Part shown: positions 44,919 through 55,245 of the stretch, one piece after another
Layout of the letters: every line of letters starts with the position of its first letter
How positions within the stretch are numbered: the stretch's first letter is position 1
DNA from: Blastocystis sp. Blastoise
Taxonomy: Eukaryota; Protista; Bigyra: Opalinata
Direction: 5' to 3'
Assembly: GCA_039096225.1 (NCBI GenBank)
Contig: JBBPEB010000030.1
Span: forward strand, 1,054,001 to 1,118,000
Length of the DNA: 64,000 bases
Translations under genes and position numbers: made by a program
The notes under the pieces: model-generated
Told to the model about the DNA's origin: nothing
What the model saw: the letters and a program-made list of their open reading frames with translations, nothing else
Databases searched by the model: none

Positions 44919-45468
44919 AAAATTATAAAAAAATTTTTATATTATTTTTTATTATTAAATTTTTGTAAACATATTATTTATATTATAAATAATAATAATA
45001 AAATAATAATAATAAAATAATATTTGATAAAATAAAATAATTTTATTATATATATATATATATATATTAGTGGTTTAGGGTTAGGATTTAAAATGAATAT
45101 AAAATAATTTAGGGTTATGATTTAGGGTTAGGTTTAATATAAAATAATGGTTTTAGATTTAATATAAAAAATAATAGATTAGTGTTAAATTGAATATAAA
45201 AATAATAGATTAGGGTTAATATAAAATAATTTTTAGGTTAGGGTTAGATTTTTAATATAAAAATAAATAAATAAATAAAAAAATAAATAAAAAAATTTGA
45301 ATAAATGAATAAAAAGAATAATAATAATAATAGAATAGAATAATAATAATAAATAGAATAATATTAGAATAGAATAATAATAGAATAGAATAATAATAGA
45401 ATAGAATAATAAATAGAATAGAATAATAATAGAATAGAATAATAATAGAATAATAATAAATATATCTT

Positions 45469-45587
45469 GAGAACGGCCATATCAAGTGGACAACGCCCTA
45501 ACCCGTCTGATCTAGGAAGCTAAGCCACTTCGAGCTAGGATAGTAGCGGTGTGGGGGACTCGTCGTGAAGTCCTAGTGCTGTTCTTT
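45469..45587 (+). rRNA. 5S rRNA copy 50 (C95T variant)
   Basis: CGTCGT instead of CGCCGT at 45563. Confidence 0.93.
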
Positions 45588-45683
45588 TTTTTTTTTTATT
45601 TTTCTTTATTTGTATTTATTTTTTTATTTATTATTCTTTTTATTATTAATATTTTTAATTATTTATATATAACATTTTATTTA

Positions 45684-45714
<31 letters not shown>

Positions 45715-46261
45715 AAAATTATAAAAAAATTTTTATATTATTTTTTATTATTAAATTTTTGTAAACATATTATTTATATTATAAATAATAATAATAAAAT
45801 AATAATAATAAAATAATATTTGATAAAATAAAATAATTTTATATATATATATATATATATTAGTGGTTTAGGGTTAGGATTTAAAATGAATATAAAATAA
45901 TTTAGGGTTATGATTTAGGGTTAGGTTTAATATAAAATAATGGTTTTAGATTTAATATAAAAAATAATAGATTAGTGTTAAATTGAATATAAAAATAATA
46001 GATTAGGGTTAATATAAAATAATTTTTAGGTTAGGGTTAGATTTTTAATATAAAAATAAATAAATAAATAAAAAAATAAATAAAAAAATTTGAATAAATG
46101 AATAAAAAGAATAATAATAATAATAGAATAGAATAATAATAATAAATAGAATAATATTAGAATAGAATAATAATAGAATAGAATAATAATAGAATAGAAT
46201 AATAAATAGAATAGAATAATAATAGAATAGAATAATAATAGAATAATAATAAATATATCTT

Positions 46262-46380
46262 GAGAACGGCCATATCAAGTGGACAACGCCCTAACCCGTC
46301 TGATCTAGGAAGCTAAGCCACTTCGAGCTAGGATAGTAGCGGTGTGGGGGACTCGCCGTGAAGTCCTAGTGCTGTTTTTT
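46262..46380 (+). rRNA. 5S rRNA copy 51
   Basis: Matches copy 1 except the 3' C reads T. Confidence 0.93.
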
Positions 46381-46477
46381 TTTTTTTTTTTATTTTTCTT
46401 TATTTGTATTTATTTTTTTATTTATTATTCTTTTTATTATTAATATTTTTAATTATTTATATATAACATTTTATTTA

Positions 46478-46508
<31 letters not shown>

Positions 46509-47055
46509 AAAATTATAAAAAAATTTTTATATTATTTTTTATTATTAAATTTTTGTAAACATATTATTTATATTATAAATAATAATAATAAAATAATAAT
46601 AATAAAATAATATTTGATAAAATAAAATAATTTTATATATATATATATATATATTAGTGGTTTAGGGTTAGGATTTAAAATGAATATAAAATAATTTAGG
46701 GTTATGATTTAGGGTTAGGTTTAATATAAAATAATGGTTTTAGATTTAATATAAAAAATAATAGATTAGTGTTAAATTGAATATAAAAATAATAGATTAG
46801 GGTTAATATAAAATAATTTTTAGGTTAGGGTTAGATTTTTAATATAAAAATAAATAAATAAATAAAAAAATAAATAAAAAAATTTGAATAAATGAATAAA
46901 AAGAATAATAATAATAATAGAATAGAATAATAATAATAAATAGAATAATATTAGAATAGAATAATAATAGAATAGAATAATAATAGAATAGAATAATAAA
47001 TAGAATAGAATAATAATAGAATAGAATAATAATAGAATAATAATAAATATATCTT

Positions 47056-47174
47056 GAGAACGGCCATATCAAGTGGACAACGCCCTAACCCGTCTGATCT
47101 AGGAAGCTAAGCCACTTCGAGCTAGGATAGTAGCGGTGTGGGGGACTCGCCGTGAAGTCCTAGTGCTGTTCTTT
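47056..47174 (+). rRNA. 5S rRNA copy 52 (last)
   Basis: Matches copy 1. Confidence 0.95.
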
Positions 47175-47270
47175 TTTTTTTTTTATTTTTCTTTATTTGT
47201 ATTTATTTTTTTATTTATTATTCTTTTTATTATTAATATTTTTAATTATTTATATATAACATTTTATTTA

Positions 47271-47301
<31 letters not shown>

Positions 47302-47577
47302 AAAATTATAAAAAAATTTTTATATTATTTTTTATTATTAAATTTTTGTAAACATATTATTTATATTATAAATAATAATAATAAAATAATAATAATAAAA
47401 TAATATTTGATAAAATAAAATAATTTTAATTATATATATATATATTAGTGGTTTAGGGTTAGGATTTAAAATGAATATAAAATAATTTAGGGTTATGATT
47501 TAGGGTTAGGTTTAATATAAAATAATGGTTTTAGATTTAATATAAAAAATAATAGATTAGTGTTAAATTGAATATAA

Positions 47578-47604
47578 GGGTTAGGGTTAGGGTTAGGGTT
47601 AGGG
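47578..47604 (+). repeat. Interstitial telomeric tract GGG(TTAGGG)4 at the right array junction
   Basis: Read directly; follows the truncated spacer ...GTTAAATTGAATATAA. Confidence 0.9.
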
Positions 47605-47878
47605 AAATGATAATATAATGTGGTAGAGTTTCTCTTTTTTTTATATTTATATAAGGGTTATCTTTTTTTAATTGGATAATTTTTTTTTAAACCAATAAAA
47701 ATAGGTTTTTAACTTTGGATTTTCTGTATTTTTAATATTTAACTTAGGAAAATAGGAATGTAGGATTCTAGGAATATAGAAATATAAAAATTAACCAATG
47801 AAATGAATAATTTTTATATTTAGAGAAACTAGTGACCAAAGTAGTCTTAGGGTAAAATCTGTAATTTGATTGGTTCGT

Positions 47879-47941
47879 GGATTCTAGGAATCTAGGATTC
47901 TAGGAACCTAGGAACCTAGGATTCTAGGATTCTAAGAATTC
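47879..47941. repeat. 8-bp period near-palindromic minisatellite, (W-Y-CTAGGA) x7
   Basis: CTAGGA at 47884, 47892, 47900, 47908, 47916 and 47924; CTAAGA at 47932. Related TAGGA copies occur at ~47745-47773. Confidence 0.85.
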
Positions 47942-49946
47942 TTTAATATGTTTTAGTAAAACCCTTGACTTTTGTCAATTCATTTTTTATTTATTTTAAA
48001 ATTTATGAATTAATTTTTATTAAACCTAATGATTTTTATATATTTATTTTTATATTTACAAGTTAGTATTATGTATATAAAAAAGTAAGGAGACGCCATT
48101 GTTGGAATATGTTTGAATTGGTGGTTACGTATAGTGTATGGATTCTTGTAAAAGGTGAGAATGTGGTGCTATTCATGGATCTGCTTGAAATTTTGCGTTT
48201 TAAGAAGTTTAAGGTAAGAATGGGAAGATTTCCAATTAGGTTAGGTGTTGTGTTGTTGAAGGTGATGTTATTGAATAAAAATTCGTAGCATCAGCATTTC
48301 CCATTGTCTTTGAGGTTGTTCCTTTGGTCTAATTTATTGTTGGTGATGCTATTTGTGAGTTTCTATATGAATAGGTGTTGTGAGTGGAAGTTGAGGTTTT
48401 TCAAAGGTATGTAAAAACTAGACAATTAACTTAATTGTCTAGAAATATTTTATATTATATATATTTTTTTATTTATAAAGTTTATATAGGTGGTCCTAAA
48501 TGATAATAAGTAAAAAAAGTATGTATATAAGTGATATTTATTGTTGAAACTATTTAAAATAGATAAAAAAAATATAACAAAAATTCAAAATTCTTTTCAT
48601 TATGCTTTCAACTAGAGGGTGTTTCACCCATCAAATAGGTATATATTTTTTATTTTATTCTATATTATTATTATATAGGTTGTGTGTGTATTGGATATAT
48701 ATATAATATATAATAAAAATGAAAAAATGATAATAAAAAAAGAAAAATTGATTGAATATCAATTTTTTTTTTTTAATTTTAAAATTAATTTTTTAATATG
48801 TTTAAAAGATAATTATAATATAGTATGAATACAATTAATGTGAATTGACATATAGACACTATTTAAATAAATAAAAGTTAAATTTAAAGACATTTTGTAA
48901 AAAACTATGAATTCACTCATGTTGACTTGAAGAAATAAAAATGACTTTTATGAAGTTATTATAGACTAATAAACATATGTGTATGATAATAACTTGTTTT
49001 CTAAACAAAATAGTTTAATAATGTTAAGAATTGTGTGTATAAAAGAATATTTTAAAGAAAAATGTCACAGTCTATTAATAATAGAGTACTAAAGTCATTA
49101 AAAAGTTGAGTCATGAACAGTTTGAAGATAGTTGAATGAGAGACTTTGACAAGATTTGTTTTAAATATTTTATAAAAACATGTTAAATGAATTTATAAAG
49201 TGATTATTAATAAGAATTAAACATAATAATAACTTTAAGAAAATAATTAATAAGAATGAGAAGATAATGTTTTAGTAAAGTATAAAATAAAAAATATATA
49301 TGATGACTAGAGATCATAATAAGTATAAAAATGAATAAATAATGAATATTAAGAGTATCAAAATAAATAAATAAATAAAAAGAAGAATTTTGAAAAGAAA
49401 GATAAAGTTCTTATTGTAATTTTTCTTTTTATTCTTATTTTATTATTTTTAAATAACATATATTATTATTTTGAATTAAAATTGATACTATTCATTGAAT
49501 AATAGTCTATAGTATACACTAGTATGACTAAAAGTTGAAAAATAGACTAAAATATTTTTTAAGAATGGATGAATTGTGTGTAAACATAGTTATGTAGTAT
49601 GCTTATATAAGTTTAATATGTTATAGTGAATATTTATAATTGAAAACATATGATAAATTAGTTTATTTTATATAATAATTTTATAATTACAAAAGTAAAA
49701 GTGTAAATATTGAGATATCAAGATGATATTTGTAATAAGAGTTGTAAATAAAGGTAGAAAAGAAAGAAATATTAATTAAAAGACTATATTACTATTTGAA
49801 TATTTTTTAATTTCTTTCTTTTATAAAAAGCAATGAAACCTTTGATGATTCACTAACTGAATATATCTATATATATATATATAATAATAAAATATATTTG
49901 ATTATTTTGAGAGTATAGATACTTGAAATCTATATATAGAATAATA

Positions 49947-50019
49947 ATTTAAGTCAGGAATTGAACCTGAAATATATATATATATATATATATATTCTAT
50001 CCATTTATAGAACTTAAAT
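49947..50019 (-). ncRNA. Non-canonical tRNA-like cloverleaf, copy A (73 nt)
   Basis: ATTTAAG / TTCTAT-AAATGG-ATAGAA / (TA)n arm of 24 nt / TCAGG-TTCAATT-CCTGA / CTTAAAT. Confidence 0.65.
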
Positions 50020-50161
50020 AATAAAATAATAATATATTTTAATATATTAAATTCATCTTCTATATATATATATATAATAGAATTATAATATAATTTAATA
50101 GAAAGAAAAATAAATATAAATAATATATATACATAATAATAGAATTATAATAAAATATAAG

Positions 50162-50231
50162 ATTTAAGTCAGGAGTTGAACCTGAATATATATATATATA
50201 TATATATCTCCATCCATTATGGAGCTTAAAT
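50162..50231 (-). ncRNA. Non-canonical tRNA-like cloverleaf, copy B (70 nt)
   Basis: ATTTAAG / CTCCAT-AATGG-ATGGAG / (AT)11 arm / TCAGG-TTCAACT-CCTGA / CTTAAAT. Confidence 0.7.
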
Positions 50232-50349
50232 ACAACCAAAAAAGGGTACTAATAAAGTTCAATAGAAGTATATATTAATATAAAACAATATATATATATA
50301 AATAATATAAACAAACAAATATATATAAAAAAATAATATATATAGAATA

Positions 50350-51163
50350 AAATGTAGCCCATACGACCAAGAACAATCCCAAAACATATAATAATGACTA
50401 AAGAGAGATATAAATAAATAGTATCATATATGAAGAGAAAAAAATTACTATAAAATAGAAATAATTATATAGTTGAATAATAATAATTATATATATATAT
50501 ATATATATATACCTTTTAAAGAATGAATAAAATAATATCCAGGTACTAACTGCACTATAGAGCCTATATAAAGAAAAAATAAGAAAGAATTAAAATAAAA
50601 ATAAAAATATATATATGATATATCTATATACCTTTAGCCTCAAAAGGATGACGACCATCAGTAGAAGACTTATTAACAACAGAAGAACCTATATATAAAT
50701 AAAAATATAAAAATAAAAACAAATGAATGACAACATACCTTCAAGACCATGAGTGGAGTTCATATCATCATCAATGGCACCAGCAACAGAATCCACAACA
50801 ACAGAAGAACCTATAGATAAATAAAAATATAAAAATAAAAACAAATGAATGACAACTTACCTTCAGGACCAGACGATAACCTTACACCGTCATCAATACT
50901 GGACACCATGGACATAGAAGAGTCTAAGATAATATAAAATAATAAAAAAAAGAAAGAAATGAATAAATATATACCTTCAAGACCATATTGATAAGGACCA
51001 TCACCATCAACGACATCCATACTTGTATTCATTTGAGTAGAAGAACCTATATATGAATAATAAAAAAATAAATACAATACATACTTGACCTTCTCCGAGA
51101 AAGGTAATTTTTTTTGTTCAAGGACCTCCGCCTTGATGACAATCAGCCTTTTCTAGGCATCAT
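50350..51163 (-). pseudogene. Spliced gene built from tandem phase-1 mini-exons (Ser/Gly/Asp-rich), with an in-frame TGA at codon 7
   Basis: MMPRKG*LSSRRRS..., then exons SSSTQMNTSMDVVDGDGPYQYGLE, DSSMSMVSSIDDGVRLSSGPE, GSSVVVDSVAGAIDDDMNSTHGLE and GSSVVNKSSTDGRHPFEAK, separated by GT-AG introns, two of which are nearly identical. Confidence 0.55.
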
Positions 51164-51409
51164 ATTTATTAATTTAATAAAAAATAAGTATTTTTATATA
51201 GAAAACGAAAACACATTCATATTTGAACTTTTGTAAAATAGGGTCAATATTTAAAATATGCATCTTTAAAAATATTAGGAATCATAATTAACCTTGAATT
51301 TTCATTAATTTTATTGCTAAACTGATAATTGGGTCATTTTTTGTTAAAAACATTTTGGGTACCCAAAAACTATAGTTTTTTACATTTTTTAATTATTTGT
51401 TTATATTAA

Positions 51410-52560
51410 ATAACTAAGTATGTTTTATTCATTAATTTGTTGTTGTATAGTTATATTTTTTATATTTATTTATATATATATATTTATTTATTTAAAATAA
51501 TACACTTTTCTATAGGATTCTCTTGTCTTTGCCTTGGTTGTGGTGTTAAGTGGTTCTTGAAGTGGTCCTGGTTGTGTCAAATGGATTATTTCGTGTCAGG
51601 TATACAAATATATTATTTATTTCTTAACCTCTGCTTATTTTTTACTAATTGTTTTTTGTTATTATTTAATTTTATTATCTATTTTATTTATGTGTGTATT
51701 TATATCATTTATTAAATTATTTATTATCTATTTTTATTCTATAGGAAAAAGAAAAGTAATGGATGTGTTGAGGTCTTCATTTCTCGATGTTTTTTTATTT
51801 ACTCTGTGGTATAAAGTTTATCTATTAGGTATATATTTATTTATCTATTTATTTATTTACTTATTTATTTATTTATTTATATATATATATATTTATTTAT
51901 CTATTTATTCATTTATTTATTTATTTTCTATTTTTTATAGGTTTAATAGTCTTCTTATTTTTCTTCCTTCTTTCTTTTTCCTTCTTCCTCATACTTCATC
52001 CTTTCTTCTTCTTACTTCCTGCTTCCTACTTCATTCTTCCTTCTTCTTCATTCTTCCTTCTTCTTCCTTCTTCCTTCTTCCTTCTTCCTACTTCCTACTT
52101 CCTACTTCCTACTTCCTATTTCCTACTTCCTACTTCCTACTTCCTAATTTCTACTTCTTCTTTCTTCCTTCATCCTTCCTACTTCCTACTTCCTACTTCT
52201 TCTTTCTTCCTTCATCCTTCCTTCTTCCTACTTCCTACTTCCTACTTCCTACTTCCTACTTCCTACTTCATTCTTCCTTCTTTCTTCCTTCATCCTTGAT
52301 TTTTCCTACTTCCCCATCTTTGATTCTTCTTACTTCCTTCTTCCCCATCCTTGATTCTTCCTTTTTCCTCCTTTCTTCTTCTTCATCTTTGATTCTTCTT
52401 ACTTACTTCTTCCTTCTTTCTTCTTCTTCCTTCTTCCTTATCCTTCCGTCTTCCTCCTTCATTCTTCCTTATCCTTCATTCTTTCTTCTTCTGACTTCTT
52501 TCTTTCTCATCCTTCATTCTTCTTTCTTCTTCTTCCTTCTTCTTCATCCTTCATTCCTAT
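51410..52560 (+). other. Putative spliced unit with low coding potential, ending in a polypyrimidine tract
   Basis: Three GTAT...TATAG intron-like segments separate G-richer exons (~51515-51599, ~51744-51827) and a final C/T tract. No clear start codon or recognisable domain. Confidence 0.4.
51950..52560 (+). repeat. ~600-bp polypyrimidine tract with CTT and CTTCCTA repeats
   Basis: (CTTCCTA)n runs at ~52084-52147 and ~52223-52268; almost no G on the + strand. Confidence 0.9.
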
Positions 52561-52602
52561 TATATATATATATATAATTATTATTATTATTATTTAAATT
52601 CC

Positions 52603-52669
52603 CTTTATGCTCTAGAAGGAGAGAAACAATCATTATAGATTGTTTTCAGGTTCAATTCCTGACATGAAG
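52603..52669 (+). ncRNA. Non-canonical tRNA-like cloverleaf, copy C (67 nt), followed by T-runs
   Basis: CTTTATG / CTCT-AGAAGG-AGAG / AAACAATC-ATTATA-GATTGTTT / TCAGG-TTCAATT-CCTGA / CATGAAG, then TTTTATTTTTC. Confidence 0.75.
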
Positions 52670-54001
52670 TTTTATTTTTCTTTTTTTAAATAATTTATTT
52701 ACATATTATATATATATATATTATCTTTTTGACTTTATTTTCTTTTTTTTTTAAATTAAAATTTTAATTATCAATAATATATACATATATCTAACTTTAC
52801 ATAGTTTTTTTAACAAATTATCCCAACAATCTTCAGAATGAGTAACAATCCATTCAAGCATAAAGTATTACTCATCATCAAGACTGCTTTTATCAATCAA
52901 AATACATGTGTAAAACTTGATTTATTGATTTAAACTCAATTTTAACTATTAAAAGTAAACAAACCAAACACACATGTTGACTTTAAAACTTTAAATTCAA
53001 TGTTAAAAGCTTATTTTTATAGAGTGGACATGAAATACTAATTTAAACAAAAAGCAATGAAAACAATCAACTCTTGATACAACTTTACCATTTGACAAAA
53101 CACTTATCCACAATATTTTCCAAAGTTCTTTTGTTAAAGTGTTTATATAGACATATTATGTATAAAATGAAAGTCAACTTCTTGAATCTCTTTGTTTAAG
53201 ATAGTCTTTAAAACATTTTGGCAAATTGACAACCTTTAACTTATTATTTAAAGCTAATATTTTAATATTAAACTTGATTTAAACACTTAAACACAACTGT
53301 CATCATCATAACACTTTTAAAGACACTTTACCATTTGCTCATACACTTTGATCAGAATAGTTTCGTCTCTGAGTTTAACATAATATAGGTCATACACTCT
53401 AGTTTAATGAATAAACACTCTTATTTTGAATCTCGTCCTCTAAGTCACTCATTTGTACATTTTTTAAATTTAGACAGACATCTAGCTTTTTAAGAAAGGA
53501 TAAAATTTGAAAAATTAGAAATGAATTATGAATTCATATATATTTTTTTAAATTTGTTGTTTATATGAACATACTAGAACTGATTACAGTGATTATAGAT
53601 GTTTCTAAGCAGTGTTCATGATGTGTTAGTATTTATTTATAAAATTTATCATAGTGTTTTACATCATTCTTATAGGTTTTCCATTCTGGATATCCTCTTC
53701 CTTTCAGACATTCTCCTTGACCAGTTTTAGAAAGGTACATAACATGGACGCGTTGTTTTATTTATTATAAGGTATTTTATTACATTTCTTTTTTAATTCT
53801 CTTAGATTTCTTGGTTATTCTCGTCAGTACTTCTTCTAAATAACAAGTCAAGACAATATAGAGCGTATATAAATATATCTATTTAATTTTTTATTGCATT
53901 GGCACATTTCTCTTTTTTCTCTTTTCCTATCAAAAATATTCATTTGATTTTTAGTTACTCTATTCATATTTTATATATATTTACAATTTATATATTATAT
54001 A

Positions 54002-54439
54002 GAAAAGTTATTTCTTACTCCATTCTTGAATCTTGTGGTTTCTCTGATATTTACAAATACCAAATACGATATCAGTTGTAAAATAGTTTGTATATATATA
54101 TATGTTTATTTATATGTATTTAATTATTTATTTTTATCTATTTAATTATATTATTAATATAAGAATTTATTTATTTGTATATAGAATATATGCATTATAT
54201 ATATAGATGAGAAATGAGTTGGTATTCGTGATTATAATATTCATTATACAGATAATTTTATTACAAAACAACCTTCAAATTATCCAAAGTATATATTTAT
54301 ATTATATTTATTCTATTATTTTATATATATAGATATATATATTCAAATTTATATTCAAAAGAAGATAGAGTAGAAACAGTATGTGATAAAGTGAATGATT
54401 ATGCTGATAATAATATTCGAGCTTTTGTTGCTACTTCTC

Positions 54440-54483
<44 letters not shown>

Positions 54484-54911
54484 TTATATCTTCTAGTCCT
54501 ACATATTTTCCTTTAACCGATGTAAAAGGAGGATATGCATTAAGTCCAATAGAAGAATATATTGGTAAGAAATGCTGGCTTACTATGAAAACAAATCTAT
54601 TCTTCTTGTATATTATTATTTTATATTTATATAATATTATTATTATATATATAGATATGAGAATAGAACAGATCAATTTATAGATTTTGAAACCAATAAT
54701 GGATTATGGGTTTTTATTAATAAACATTTATTCTTAGATTATGGAGGGTATTTATATTATATATATTATTATTATTATTTATATAGTTATAATACTCCAG
54801 TTGGTTCTCATATTAATATAACGAATTATGCAGATAAATTAGGTCTTATTCCTGGAATCACCTATTCTATATCTATATTCTTTGCTTCTAGAACATGTGG
54901 AACTCAATCAA
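54002..54911 (+). pseudogene. PA14/fibro-slime domain gene fragment, apparently frameshifted
   Basis: Exons encode DFETNNGLWVFINKHLFLDYGG and NITNYADKLGLIPGITYSISIFFASRTCGTQS, the fibro-slime PA14 pattern. A WYRD-like motif is broken by an extra T near 54225, and exon phases do not match across the 54440-54496 intron. Confidence 0.6.
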
Positions 54912-55245
54912 GTATATATATGTTTATATATTATTATATATTATAATCTTTATTATTATACGTTTAATTATAATTATATTTTAGTTTATTAGTATATATA
55001 CAAAAACTATAAGAATATTAGTTTCTATATCTATATCTATTCATTGATATATATATATATATATGTTTAGAATATGAGATACAACTTGTTTTATGATTAG
55101 AATTATATGTAAGAATAGCTATTGAACTTATTTCAATTGATATAAATATGTGAAGATTTATAGATAATAGAATATTCAAGTAAATATATATATTATTATT
55201 ATAATTATCTTTTAGTTTATTATTCTATTAATTATCAATCTATAG

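Larger units (their letters stand above)
5961..47604 (+). repeat. Tandem 5S rDNA array: 52 full units plus a terminal partial unit, ~797-bp period
   Basis: Unit = (TA)n, telomere-like block, AATAG/AAT-rich upstream, 119-nt 5S gene, oligo-T, TTA-rich downstream. (47056-6408)/51 is about 797. Confidence 0.97.

Noticed and set aside
6183-47351. Repeated 66-90 aa ORFs (MAVLK..., MIWPF..., MWGTRR...) as membrane peptides
   Set aside because: They start inside the 5S gene and run through TTA/ATT low-complexity spacer; frames shift freely between copies.
5961-47604. CRISPR array, or an SL-RNA/snRNA/tRNA gene linked in the 5S unit
   Set aside because: Spacers are near-identical rather than unique, the conserved part is 5S rRNA, and the spacer has no second structured or GC-containing gene.
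5363-47852. Inverted match CCCTA(CA)AGACTACTT at 5363-5378 and 47839-47852 as TIRs around the array
   Set aside because: Only 10 nt are exact, it does not extend, and it is not at the junctions; chance is plausible.
51690-52577. 295-aa F/L/S/P-rich ORF as a real protein
   Set aside because: It reads through intron-like segments, and a pyrimidine tract is largely stop-free by composition.
49947-52669. Calling the three cloverleaves ordinary tRNA genes
   Set aside because: They lack the 8-9 linker, a 7-nt anticodon loop and a variable loop, so no anticodon can be assigned.
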